A DNA stretch of 64,000 nucleotides from Macrostomum hystrix (Eukaryota > Animalia > Platyhelminthes), in the NCBI GenBank assembly GCA_950097015.1, contig CATNEN010000025.1, positions 9,424,001-9,488,000 on the forward strand. Reading direction: 5' to 3'. The notes beneath the pieces were generated by a model, which saw nothing but the letters and a program-made list of their open reading frames with translations, was not told where the DNA came from and did not search any database. A program made the position numbers and the translations under genes. Shown one piece after another: positions 12,450 through 24,482 of the stretch (the first letter of the stretch is position 1; each line of letters opens with the position of its first letter).

Positions 12450-14003
12450 TCAGTCATCGCAGTAGTTGCTGCCGCTGCCGCTGTCGCTGTCCCAGCCGCC
12501 GTGCGACTCGAATTTGCCGACGCCTCCGCCACCAACGCCGCCAGCAGCTCCGCTGGGCAGGTGGACCTTCATGTGCCGATTTAGATTGCCGCTCTGCGAG
12601 AAGCGCAGCAGGCACAGCTGGCACTGGTACGGCTTCTCTCCGCTGTGCACCCGCAGGTGCTTCGTCAGGGTGCTGCTGTCTGAGAAGGCCTTGCCGCACA
12701 GCGGGCAGGCGTAGGGCCGCTCCCCGCTGTGAGTTCGCATGTGCGTAGTCACCGATGAGCTCTGCGAGAAACGCCTGTCGCAGATGCCGCAACGGAATGG
12801 CTTTTCACCGGAGTGAGTACGCAGGTGAGCGGTGAGATTTGCGGCCTGCGAAATTCGCGTGCGGCTGATAGCATGTAGCGTTGCCATGGTGGTTGCTTAG
12901 GGCTTGATAATCATTATTCTGAATTTCAAAAGCTCATCCGAATTTTTAAGACTCCGAAATTTAGAAGCTCTGAATAAAAAACCCGAATTTCAGAAGTTCC
13001 AAATTTAAGAAGTTCCGAATTTCAGAACCCCGAATTTCAGAAGCTCCGAATTTCAGAAACCCCGAATTTAAGAAGCTCCGAATTTCAGAAGCTCCGAATT
13101 TTTTAAGCTTCAACTTAGATACCTCTAAATATATATCGTTTTTTTTATAAACGCAAACTATTATTTTTTACCTGCGAGAAAGTCTTGTCGCACACGTGAC
13201 ACCGAAACGGTCTCTCGCCGCTGTGGGTGCGCATGTGTGTCTTGAGAGTTGAACTGCGCGCGTACGCCTTGCCGCAGACCCTGCACACATTCAGCTTTTC
13301 TGAGTCTGCGCCGCCGCCGCCGCTACCCGTGCTATCGGCGCGGCCTCCAGAAATCTCCGCTATTCCGTCGCCGAGTCGTTCGTTTCCATCGACTACGCCG
13401 CCATCTCCGTAGCCGTCGCCGCCGCCGCCGCTGCTGCCACCGTAGCCGATAAAATCGAAGCCGTGCTGTTGATGCTGGGCCAGCGAGCAGGCTCCGACAT
13501 CGTAGGCCTGATAGCCACCTCCGCTGTGATGGTGATGATGATGACTGTGTCGTGCGGTGGCCGCCGCTGCCGCTGCTACTGCTGCCGCCGCCGCCGCAGC
13601 AGCCGCCTGTGATGAGCTCGACTCCTCTAGCGGCTGCTGCTGCTGTTGCAGGTGCTGACTCGGACTCGTTGCCACGGGTGCATGTTGAAGTAGCATTGTG
13701 TGATGCTGCTCATGCGAATTGTTTCCATGGATTGAGAACTGCTGCTGCTGCTGCTGATGCTGCTGAGATCCAAAGTGGTCGTCTGAATTGGGGCACAGTC
13801 CAGCAGCCGCTGCAGCCGCCGCAGCAGCAGCAGCAGCAGCAGCAGCCGAAGCCGAGTCCTCGTAAGAGCTGTAATATTCGTAGGAGCTGTGCCACGCGTG
13901 ACTGGCTCCACCGCCGACGTAGCGCAAACTTGCTGACGGGGCCTGACAGACCATCGCTTCGTGCCTGGCGGAGATAACGCCTGCTCCTCCTCCTCCTCCT
14001 CCT

Positions 14004-14038
<35 letters not shown>

Positions 14039-14984
14039 CCGGCCACCACCGCCGCTGCAAGTGATTGAAGCTGTGGCTGCAAGTCCCAGGTTCATGTTCA
14101 TGTTCAGGTTGATGTTCATTGCTGGGTAAAAGCTTGGGGCGCCACCACCGCCTCCACCGCCAACGCCGCATCCGTAGTCGTGATAAGGTGACGACATGAA
14201 TGTCATTTCATGATCGGCATGAAAAACAGAGGAGGATGGAAACTCTGCGTGCTGGTGGTGATGATGATGGTGATGCTGTTGCAGCTGTTGCGGCTGCTGC
14301 TGCTGCTGCTGCTGCTGATGCTGCTGCGGAAGCTGATGATGATGCGACATGCCGAATTCAGCGACGGACGACTTCTCTCTTCGGCGCAGATCCACCGGCG
14401 GAGATTGGAAGGCCGGTTGGTGCCTGTGTGTTTTATAGAAAAGTTTTCTCATCTTCTGTTTCTGTTGCGAACTTCTTCTAATAGATTTAATTTGGTTGTT
14501 CCGAAAATAATACTCACCTGTGTCCCAAAGAATTCCCTGAGATTGAGGCGCCATAGAAAGACTGCTGCGGCTGCTGTGGCTGCTGCTGATGCTGATACTG
14601 CTGCTGCTGCTGCGGCAACAACAAATGCTCGACGTTTGCTGCTTGGGGTGTTGACGGAGAGCGAGGCGATGGTGACGACGATTGTGGTAGCGGCTGCTGC
14701 TGATGCTGATGAAAGTGCAGCTGATGCTGGTATTGCTGATGATGATGGTGATGCTGCTGCTGCTGCTGCTGCTGCTGTTGCTGGTAGTGCTGTTGGGCAA
14801 AGTGACCAGTAGCTGTGGCAGCAGCCGCGGCCGCCGCGGCGACAGCGCTAGCCGCAACTGCTGCAGCCGCCGAGGTGGCCGTAGCGGCCGATCCTCCGGG
14901 ACCCAGACCGCCGCCGCCGCCGCCGCCGCCGCCATTCTGAGAAACGTTCCGCTTGAATGCGGAATCAAAACGGCAGCATTCCAT
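12450..14984 (-). CDS. gl: Glass C2H2 zinc-finger transcription factor (5 fingers), ~704 aa, with a long low-complexity N-terminus
   Basis: Exons 14984(ATG; further acceptor at 15057)-14518, 14423-13172, 12845-12450; phases 2 and 0 consistent. Fingers [29 protein letters not shown] / SQAANLTAH / [16 protein letters not shown] / [14 protein letters not shown] / [21 protein letters not shown] are near-identical to Drosophila Glass as recalled. Confidence 0.92.
12935..13105. repeat. Intronic minisatellite, ~15-16-bp unit (ccgaatttcagaagct), in glass intron 2
   Basis: About 10 imperfect copies, directly visible. Confidence 0.85.
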
Positions 14985-15774
14985 CTTCAGCTGCTGACAA
15001 TGCGCTGACGTCAGGTGCGAGCTCTTGGTCGGCGATGACCGCTGACGGTAGTCAAACTGGAGTGTCCAAAGGAGCAGAGAAAGCTGCTTGATGGAAAGCT
15101 TCTCACTTGTCAACAGGTTGTTGGCTTCTTCTTTGGAGAAGAAGTCGAAAAAAGGTTACTTTTGCTTAGGGAGGGTTGGGTGCTCAACTAATAGGGAAGG
15201 GATGTGGGTTCGACTGTTTGCGGAAGCCCCAAATTCATTTAGAGAAATCAAAAAAGAGAAGTCATCGATAGAGCTTCTAGAAAACTCGAACCCGAAAAGC
15301 CTGCTCTGGGGGGATGGGGAGAATTTAATAGACTTTGGATTGGTTAAACAAAAACTAATTCAGTCCCAATGGCTAGAGCATAGATGTGGCGGTGAGCTAT
15401 TGCCACATTAAAAAATGCAAACTTTTGTAAGGATTCATAAATTTCTCACCGAATAAACACTAGCCTGAGAATGCATTGCACTAGAAGCCTCTTAAACTTG
15501 GTGACCGTGTGTTGCCAGGCTGTTTAGCCGTGTCGAGACGAGTTTTGAGAACAATTAATTGATTATTGATTTCAGTTCTTTTAATCGAACTGAGCAGATA
15601 GAAACAGGTATTGGAGAGGCGGTGACCCTAATATACGGCTGGGATGGGCGGGGCTATTGGCGGGCTTCACTCCGCTCGATCCCTCTCCCCAATTCCCCCC
15701 TCCGGATCTGTCTGTGGCCAAAAAATCCCTCCTTTGCCAATGCCTCACCTGTCCATTACCCTGGCGGGCAGTGT

Positions 15775-15950
15775 TTGATTTCTCGAAAATTTCTCGAAGA
15801 TTTCTCGAAGCGGGGCGGAGTCGGCGCGGCCTGATTGGGTGTGGGCGCCCCCCCCGGCCTCGGCTATGAGGAGGCGAAGCACCGCAAGTGCTCCGCCGCT
15901 GGTCTCCTTTGTCCCGTGTGCGAGTTCCAATCTTGACGTCGATTGGCTGA
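15775..15950. promoter_or_regulatory. Candidate promoter/enhancer cluster upstream of glass
   Basis: Three TTCTCGAA at 11-bp period (15780, 15791, 15802), GC-box GGGGCGGAG at ~15812, and reverse CCAAT (GATTGG) at ~15833 and ~15941 in a GC-rich island. Confidence 0.3.
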
Positions 15951-16579
15951 TCAAAACCGAGCCCTCCGCCGCCGCTGCATGCCGAATCTTCTTTGGCCTT
16001 GGAAGGTCTTCCCTATTTTCGAGGATATTTTCTCGTTCTCTCTCTCTTTCTCCAAGCCCTGTTTCGCCGTCAGTTGATGCCTCTTCCCGGGTCAGTGCAG
16101 TCACGCGTGGCCAGTGTGCTACAATGGAATGAAGGATTTTTCCGGAGGGGAGGGGGATTAAAATATCCCCTGCCGCAGTCCAGCGTAAGCTCGGCGGTGC
16201 AAATTCGATTTGTTCAACAGGTCTGAAGCAGCAGCAGCTGTCACGGAACCTTCAAGCGTGTACGCCTGACCCCCCGCCGCTCTCTTTCTTCTTGTGTTCC
16301 TTCTTAGCCAATTGAGCTGAAAAAAATTGTAAATTCAATTTCAGTAATGTGTATTGGCGTTATTATTCGCATATGAAGAGGAGTTTTGACAAGTTTCTCC
16401 TTCTACAGAAGCAGTTTAGCGAGAAAAAACTTCGAAAATGGAAATTATCCCATGGTGAAGGCAAATGTTAGCAACAGGTGTTACTAAAGACATCGACTTT
16501 GGTCTCTAATAGAGAAATCAGCAATATTTATATCGATTCAAATTCGAATAATTTGCTTATCGACATAGTTATCCCAATC

Positions 16580-17655
16580 TAATCTATTCAGTTTATCGAT
16601 TAAAATCTATTCAGTTTATCAAATCGAATCTATTCAGTTTATCGATTAAAATCTATTCAGTTTATCAAATCGAATCTATTTAGTTTATAAAATCGAATCT
16701 ATTCAGTTTATCAAATCGAATCGATTCAGTTTATCAAATCGAATCTATTCAGTTTATCTATTCAAATCGATTCAGTTTATCAAATAAAATCGATTCAGTT
16801 TATCAAATAAAATCGATTCAGTTTATCAAATCGAATCTATTCAGTTTATCTATTCAAATCGATTCAGTTTATCAAATCGAATCTATTCAGTTTATCAAAT
16901 CGAATCTATTCAGTTTATCAAATCGAATCTATTCAGTTTATCAAATCGAATCTATTCAGTTTATCGATTCAAATCGATTCAGTTTATCAAATAAAATCGA
17001 TTCAGTTTATCAAATAAAATCGATTCAGTTTATCAAATCGAATCTATTCAGTTTATCTATTCAAATCGATTCAGTTTATCAAATCGAATCTATTCAGTTT
17101 ATCAAATCGAATCTATTCAGTTTATCAAATCGAATCTATTCAGTTTATCAAATCGAATCTATTCAGTTTATCTATTCAAATCGATTCAGTTTATCAAATA
17201 AAATCGATTCAGTTTATCAAATCGAATCTATTCAGTTTATCTATTCAACTCTATTCAGTTTATCAAATCGAATCTATTCAGTTTATCAAATCGAATCGAT
17301 TCAGTTTATCAAATCGAATCGATTCAGTTTATCAAATCGAATCGATTCAGTTTATCAAATCGAATCGATTCAGTTTATCAAATCGAATCTATTCAGTTTA
17401 TCAAATCGAATCTATTCAGTTTATCGATTCAAATCGATTCAGTTTATCAAATAAAATCTATTCAGTTTATCAAATAAAATCATTCAGTTTATCGAATAAA
17501 ATCATTCAGTTTATCGAATAAAATCATTCAGTTTATCGATTAAAATCATTCAGTTTATCGATTAAAATCTATTCGATTTTATTAAATGAAATCCACTCAG
17601 TTTATTAAATCAAATCAATTCAGTTTATCGAATCAAATCATTCAGTTTATCGAAG
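16580..17655. repeat. Minisatellite, 23-bp unit (attcagtttatcaaatcgaatct), ~45 copies
   Basis: attcag at 16632 and 16655 gives period 23; several variant units. Confidence 0.97.
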
Positions 17656-18467
17656 CATTATGGTTCAATTTATTCCTTATGATTAGGTAATTCTTCGATT
17701 TAGTTGGCTAAACTACTGGTAAATTTACATTTGTTTTTTATGCAAAGCGATTAACATAACAACTTTTGCCAATTTCGACAGCGAAAAAAACAGCAGCCTG
17801 ATGGGGGGCATTGTTACCTCCGTTGGTAACCAATTTTCACTTCGTCAAATCATTCTACAACCAATTGGACCAACAGATCCGCATGAGATAGTAATCTTTT
17901 GAGCGAAGATTTCCTCACCACAAAGTCTAGATGCTCAATGAATAAGCCACTCTAGGCTGAGCTGTCCATCTAAAATGTAATGTGTCATTTTTAGCCCATT
18001 GACAAGCTGTGACAGTTTAGATAAGGGATCGGCGGTGGGAAACTGGCTGTTGTGTAGCGGCGCAACCATGCAACAATGCGGCTGTCGCTATAAACTAATT
18101 CGGGGTAGGACAATGAACCTTGGATTTGTCTGCCTGCAACAAAAAACACACTTGACACCTGTTTAATTATTTCTATATGTAAAAAGTTTGATAAGAAATC
18201 TGCTGCTTCCGGACTATCATAGCAACCAAGTAGACTAAGTTTGATTGGAAAAATGTTCCAGATGTGTCAAACTGGTTATTGACATTGATTAGAATTAGCT
18301 AAACACAAATTTTATATAAGAGTGAGCGTATAGACATTGAAGAGATAGAAAAGGAGAGAGGAGGACAACGAGAGAGCGAGACGGGGAGAATGGACAAAGG
18401 GAGAGACGGGAGAGCGAGAAAAGGGGGAGAGGGAGAGGGAGTGAGAGATGTAGAGAGAGAAGGGAGA

Positions 18468-19405
18468 GGTGGAAATAGGGAGAGAGGGAGAGATGGAAAT
18501 AGGGAGAGGTGGAAATAGGGAGAGAGGGAGAGATGGAAATAGGGAGAGATGGAAATAGGGAGAGATGGAAATAGGGAGAGGTGGAAATAGGGAGAGATGG
18601 AAATAGGGAGAGATGGAAATAGGGAGAGATGGAAATAGGGAGAGGTGGAAATAGGGAGAGATGGAAATAGGGAGAGGTGGAAATAGGGAGAGATGGAAAT
18701 AGGGAGAGGTGGAAATAGGGAGAGATGGAAATAGGGAGAGATGGAAATAGGGAGAGATGGAAATAGGGAGAGGTGGAAATAGGGAGAGATGGAAATAGGG
18801 AGAGGTGGAAATAGGGAGAGATGGAAATAGGGAGAGGTGGAAATAGGGAGAGATGGAAATAGGGAGAGGTGGAAATAGGGAGAGATGGAAATAGGGAGAG
18901 GTGGAAATAGGGAGAGATAGAAATAGGGAGAGGTGGAAATAGGGAGAGATGGAAATAGGGAGAGGTGGAAATAGGGAGAGATGGAAATAGGGAGAGGTGG
19001 AAATAGGGAGAGATGGAAATAGGGAGAGATGGAAATAGGGAGAGATGGAAATAGGGAGAGGTGGAAATAGGGAGAGATGGAAATAGGGAGAGGTGGAAAT
19101 AGGGAGAGATGGAAATAGGGAGAGGTGGAAATAGGGAGAGATGGAAATAGGGAGAGGTGGAAATAGGGAGAGATGGAAATAGGGAGAGGTGGAAATAGGG
19201 AGAGATAGAAATAGGGAGAGGTGGAAATAGGGAGAGATGGAAATAGGGAGAGGTGGAAATAGGGAGAGATGGAAATAGGGAGAGGTGGAAATAGGGAGAG
19301 ATAGAAATAGGGAGAGGTGGAAATAGGGAGAGTTGGAAATAGGGAGAGATGGAAATAGGGAGAGATGGAAATACGGAGAGATGGAAATAGGGAGAGATGG
19401 AAATA
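18468..19405. repeat. Polypurine minisatellite, 16-bp unit (ggaaatagggagagRt), ~58 copies
   Basis: The 16-aa periodicity in ORFs 18295..19626 and 18312..19529 equals 3x16 nt. Confidence 0.97.
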
Positions 19406-20924
19406 GTGAGGGATGGAAATTTGGAGAAATGGAGAGAGAGGGAGACAGATAGGAGTGAGAGTGGGAGAGTAAGACTGTGGAGAGGAAGATAAAAAGAGAA
19501 TAAGGGTGGAGATGCCAGAAAGTCAGCAATCAGCAAGTTGACAACACGCACAGACAACCTGTATGCTCGTAAAAGAACGGTAGTGTCGTGACGCAGATCA
19601 TAGGAAATAGGCTTTGCTAATCGCATGGACCATTAAATAAATTAATCTCCAAGGCCAAAGATTTCTTAGACAAATCTTCAAGGGGCTTCTCCGATCCAGC
19701 TCCATTTTTTGGGGAAAAATCGATGATAGGATATTGCGCCGGTCAGTCGGTTGCTGAGCACCTGAAGGCAATTTGGTAAATAGATAGAAGGCCGCAGTGA
19801 GAGCGACTGACTGACACGCAACTTCTCAGTGGAGACAAAGGCCGGGTGAACCTGGAGCTAATCTTTCGGGATTTTTATTATTTTTTTCTGCCCGAGAAAA
19901 AATAAGATACAGCACGCAGTGATACTTGGCAAAGAACAGAAGGGATAAATCACTGGGCCTAGAGGGTGATGAACCGCGAAAATTACCGCTTCGTGAATTG
20001 GGATTTAAATCGTTTGTCTTCACCCAAAACTTCACTTTCTCCTCATCTTTGTAAGTCAATGTAGGGTGAAAGTTAGGGATATTTCCCCCTAAACCCTCCA
20101 GTTCTAATAACTCCCCGCCGTGAGGGATTAGCCGATCGCGTGATCCCTGTTCACAAAGGGGGTTTTAGAGGATTAGCCCTTTCCCTCGCTCCCAGTCTGC
20201 CCTTCTGGTTTCTAAGAAGCCAAAATGATCATCTCCCGCCCCGGGGCAATGTCGCAAAAAGGCGTAACGGATGCGCCCTGTTCCTTGAATTCCTAGAAAA
20301 AAATTATGCTCACAGGTGTACGGCCTAGCCAATGCTTACGAAAGCCTTAACAGTGATTTCAAATATCCAAATTGTCTTTTTTTCTGTCTCCGAAAGTATT
20401 TAACCTATCGTCATGAAAATCCACGAGTTAAAATGTTCCTCTTTCATCCGATGAAACAACTTCCAGAATCACAAAACATCGACATCGTCGAGATATTCAA
20501 CGATTCTTGTCGGGGTGTTTTATGCAAAAATCCACAAATCCACAAACTATAAAAAACGGGCTTGGCAAATTGATTGAGCCGCGAATTTCGCTGCACCCGG
20601 TACTAAAGCAATAATTAAATATTTCGTTATAATTGTACTATACTTTGAGTCGCAATGCCAACACATTTTACATATTGGTTTTGTCTAGCAGTCGCGCATG
20701 AGGAGGTACAATAATAGGAAAGATTAATGCGCCGTTTATAGATTTCAAGGGCGATCGAAAAATCTTCAGCTAAAATTATTACAAGACGCTTCCCATTTTT
20801 CCCATTGGATAAAAAATCACTGTGTCAACGAATTATTTATAATACCCGAAAATAAAGAAATAATATATAACCCCCAACTAGCCTGACTCGTAAACTCCCG
20901 ATCACATTTCCCAAAATAAAATAT

Positions 20925-21180
20925 AAAAATCACATCACATATAATCCCATCACATAAAATCCCATCACTAAAATCCCATCACATAAAATCCCATCACATA
21001 AACTCCCATCATATAAAATCCCATCTCATAAAATCCCATCACATAAAATCTCATCACATAAAATCCCATCACATAAAATCCCATCACATAAAATCCAATC
21101 ACATAAACTCCCATCACATTAAATCCCATCACATAAAATCCCATCACGTCAAATCCCATCCCATCAAATCCCATTCCCAC
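20925..21180. repeat. Minisatellite, 15-bp unit (cccatcacataaaat)
   Basis: Directly visible; gives the MGFYV repeat ORF. Confidence 0.95.
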
Positions 21181-21186
21181 AGCCCC

Positions 21187-22655
21187 TCAGTCGCACAGCC
21201 TCATCAAGTAGTCGTGCTGTCCGGCAGTCAGCGGTTCGGTCAGCCAGTCCCAGACTTTGCGCCTGGTGGCTTCGTCGCAATATCCCGCGCCGACATGATC
21301 CGGCAGCGGGTGCCGCCAGACGCTGGGAGTTTTCACTCTGAAATCCTCGAAGCTCGCATAGCCGGACGAGGCCAGCGGAGTGCGCAAAGGCCGCGGGCCA
21401 CTCGAGAAGTCCTCATCGTCCTTTCTGTCGCTGTGACCGCCGTTTAGACGCGTAGTCGGCGGCTGATGCTGCGGCGTCGGCGGCGTCGCAGCAGGACGTC
21501 CGGCGGCCGCCTCCTCCTCGACCTCGGCCTGGGATCTGTAAGCGTCAGACAGGCCGACCTGCTGCAGAATGCTCATGGCCTGAGCCCTGGCCTCTGCCTC
21601 GGTGCGCGAGTGGAACCGGCCCGCCTGGGAGGCCAACGGAGTCGCCAAGCTGCGTCGGCGCGGATCGGCGAATGAGGTCGACGCGGCGAAGAGGGCCGCC
21701 GGAGAGCGCAGCGCGGGCGGCGACTGGGTCGGAGGCTGGCTGGTGACTGCCAGATGTCGCTGCTGCTGCTGCTGATGATGATGCTGATTCTCAGCATGCT
21801 GAGGTCTACGAGTTCTCCATGAGTTCGATCTGTAGGACGTGAAATTAATAACATTTTTTTCTGTCTAACAGTTTTTAATCCTGTCTTACTACTAGAACAA
21901 CAGTTTAGGTGTTCTGTCTAACAGTTGTTCTAACAGGTAGGTGTTCTCTATCTAACAGCTGCTCTAACAGGTAGGTGTTCTCTATCTAACAGCTGCTCTA
22001 ACAGGTAGGTGTTCTGTCGATCCTGTCTAACAGCTGGTCTAACAAGTAGATGTTCTGTCTAGTATTCAGGCCTATAGAAAACGCGGTGTGGTTAGCTTCA
22101 CCTCACAACAGTCCATTGCTGACGCCTTATTAGACCTTCGGGCTCCTCTTCGTCCACCGCGCCGTTGACGTCGTGTCGACGAGAAGCGCCGTTCCTATTG
22201 ACGCCGCTGTTCCGGTAGTCACCAACGTCGAGGTCGTCGTCATAGCCGAACGCCTCCGGTGTACTCGGCGCCACCCGACGAGCCGACTGCAGACTTCGCC
22301 GAGTTGCTGCATCCGTTGGCCACCTACCGGAGAGCGTCCTCTCCCTGTACTTGTCCACGATTCGCTGCGCCTCGGCGATCACCTCGCGAGTCCCAGCCGA
22401 GCTGAATGGCCGCAGATTCAGGCGGCTCAGCTCTGCAGCCGCGTCTGAGTCAAGGTCGCGTTGCGCCACGCTGAACGGCCGCTGAAAGCGCTGCCGCTGA
22501 TCGGCCCGATGCCCGCCGCCGCTGGCAAGGAGGTGCCGATCTGGTGGCAGATTGAACTCGCTGCTGACCGCCACGGTGGATCGCGACAGGGCGGCGCGGT
22601 AGCCGGGAAGATCCGGCAGGCCGCGGCCGAGGAGGCCAAAGTCCACGGCCGCCAT
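21187..22655 (-). CDS. Uncharacterised 398-aa protein, 2 exons; mostly disordered with a compact C-terminal segment (RRKVWDWL...YLMRLCD)
   Basis: Exon 1 22655-22102 (AG/GTGAAG donor, phase 2); exon 2 21829-21187 (tcctacag acceptor, phase 2). Total 1197 nt = 399 codons, open throughout, GC-rich coding bias. Confidence 0.72.
21870..22060. repeat. Intronic minisatellite, ~34-bp unit (ctaacagctgctctaacaggtaggtgttctctat)
   Basis: About 4-5 imperfect copies inside intron 21830-22101. Confidence 0.85.
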
Positions 22656-24482
22656 GCTTATTAAACTTTGTCTCCTAATGGCAGAAAGGCAGAACAGAAT
22701 GAGCTGTGGAGTTCTCTACGTAAAATGGCGAAGTTCTATTTAACTCTCAGACCAGTCCCTCTGCCTCTCTGTGCTACCCAGCCACATGCCATCTTCGGTC
22801 ATGTGACAATTAATAGGCAAGGTTGATGAAACTATAAGACCCACCTGCCGTTTCTGCCATTGCGGCACGCAGAGTTGATGAAAGCGAGACAATTAGAATG
22901 AAGAATATGGCCAAAGAGATAAAAGAGAAAAGATTAAAAGGTAGGAATTGTACACCCAAAGCAGCCAAGAATTCCCTCAGCTCTGTGAGTGTGGGGTACG
23001 GTTGGGAGACGGAAAGTGCACATTCTTAGAAAACTCGGAGCAGATATTTCATCTGGAACTATATAAAACTATATAACTGAGAGGTGGGGAGTGTGCTACA
23101 GTATAGCTAGCTAACCCCGTGACGCTAATGGAGTTTAATTGAAACCTAGAACAATATTGTCTATTACAATGGCCTATCTGTTAGCATTTGCGCTGTCTCC
23201 AAAGTAGTGAAGTATAGCGTATTGTACAGTTCTCAGATTTGCTAGAAATGCTAGCTTAGAAGACTCAGTGGATAATAGGACATTAAGATAATGGCTAAGG
23301 CAATTCACAAGGTGCTAATGCATCAGGCAGGTGGTGTGTCATATATCTGCCCTCTCAATATCACTTGCGTCACTAGACTTAGAAATTCTCTAGATGTAGG
23401 AAAAAATGAATGTCAACTCCCATTTAACATTTTACTCAAAATTTCGCTTTCTACTACTGTGTTTATAATCGACAGTAGTATGCTCAACAAATTTCTGACT
23501 TTTTTTAAAAGGTCAATTTTTAACAGAATGAATTTTCTGCGGCTGAAATGAGCTGTTTAGAAACGTCTTAAACTAGTATTCTGTCTCCAATTTAAAAAGA
23601 GATGTGAATTATAAAGAACACAAAATTAAAATCACGTAAATTTGTAAAATTATTTTTTTTTATTATTTAATTTTTTCAGTGCCAACAGGAAGCGATGTGT
23701 CATTGCTCGCCGCAGAGGACATTAAGTATCGATTTCTAATATGAAATCTTATATAGAATTCTAGATAAAGCATTTTTATACTCGCATGGCCATTTCACAC
23801 CTCTGTCCCTCCCCGTCTCCGTATTATTTTCTTCCAGTCTGTCCTTACGCAAGCCGTAATTCTGTCATCAATCATCCAAGCTGTGGCTGCCCTCCCGCTG
23901 ACGCGGCGCACGAATTTTCATTATACGAGTAACTGTAATAAAATGGTGCACTTCCTGAGAAAGGCGACACTCTTCAACAGAGACTGAGCTGATATTGCAT
24001 TTCCAATTCACCTATTTCAGCAGCAGCATCTCAATGCTATGCAGCGTCTCAATTCAAATTTTAAGGGCTTGGCTAGCCTGGGAGGTTACCGGTGGGAAGG
24101 GCAGAGAGTGGTTTCGCGGTTGCCTAGCAGCACAGAAAGGCTAGGAGAGAGAAAGAGAGTGGAAAGTGGATGGAGGTAGGGGAGGGTAGGAAGGGTTTTT
24201 GTGCGCAAGACAGGGTGACAGACACTGTGTGCCGCTCGGCTCTCCTCCACCTGCCGCGACTGTACAAAACGTCTTTCAGAGGCGTCTAGAAAGTGGCATT
24301 GTTTGTAGAACTCGCGACAGCCAACCCAAACTCCATCCGAGCGTTGACAGTTCGCGACAAGCCCACCCAGACCCGGTCCTCACTATAGATAGAGCTGCCT
24401 ATCCACTTGGTTGTGAGATTTTTCAAGTAAATCTTCTCAGTCCATTTCGTCAGTTCGCAGCCAGAGAAGTCCAATCACAGCG

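Noticed and set aside
14518-14968. N-terminal part of the 607-aa ORF 13145..14968
   Set aside because: Wrong frame. glass exon 1 uses the 14514..15113 frame and joins this ORF only at 14423.
12407-15008. Numerous overlapping ORFs on both strands across glass, the KY exon 3 and the ZF gene
   Set aside because: These are expected by-products of GC-rich, trinucleotide-repeat coding DNA with few stops.
18295-19626. 443-aa and 405-aa ORFs
   Set aside because: They are translations of a stop-free 16-bp minisatellite with no splice or domain support.
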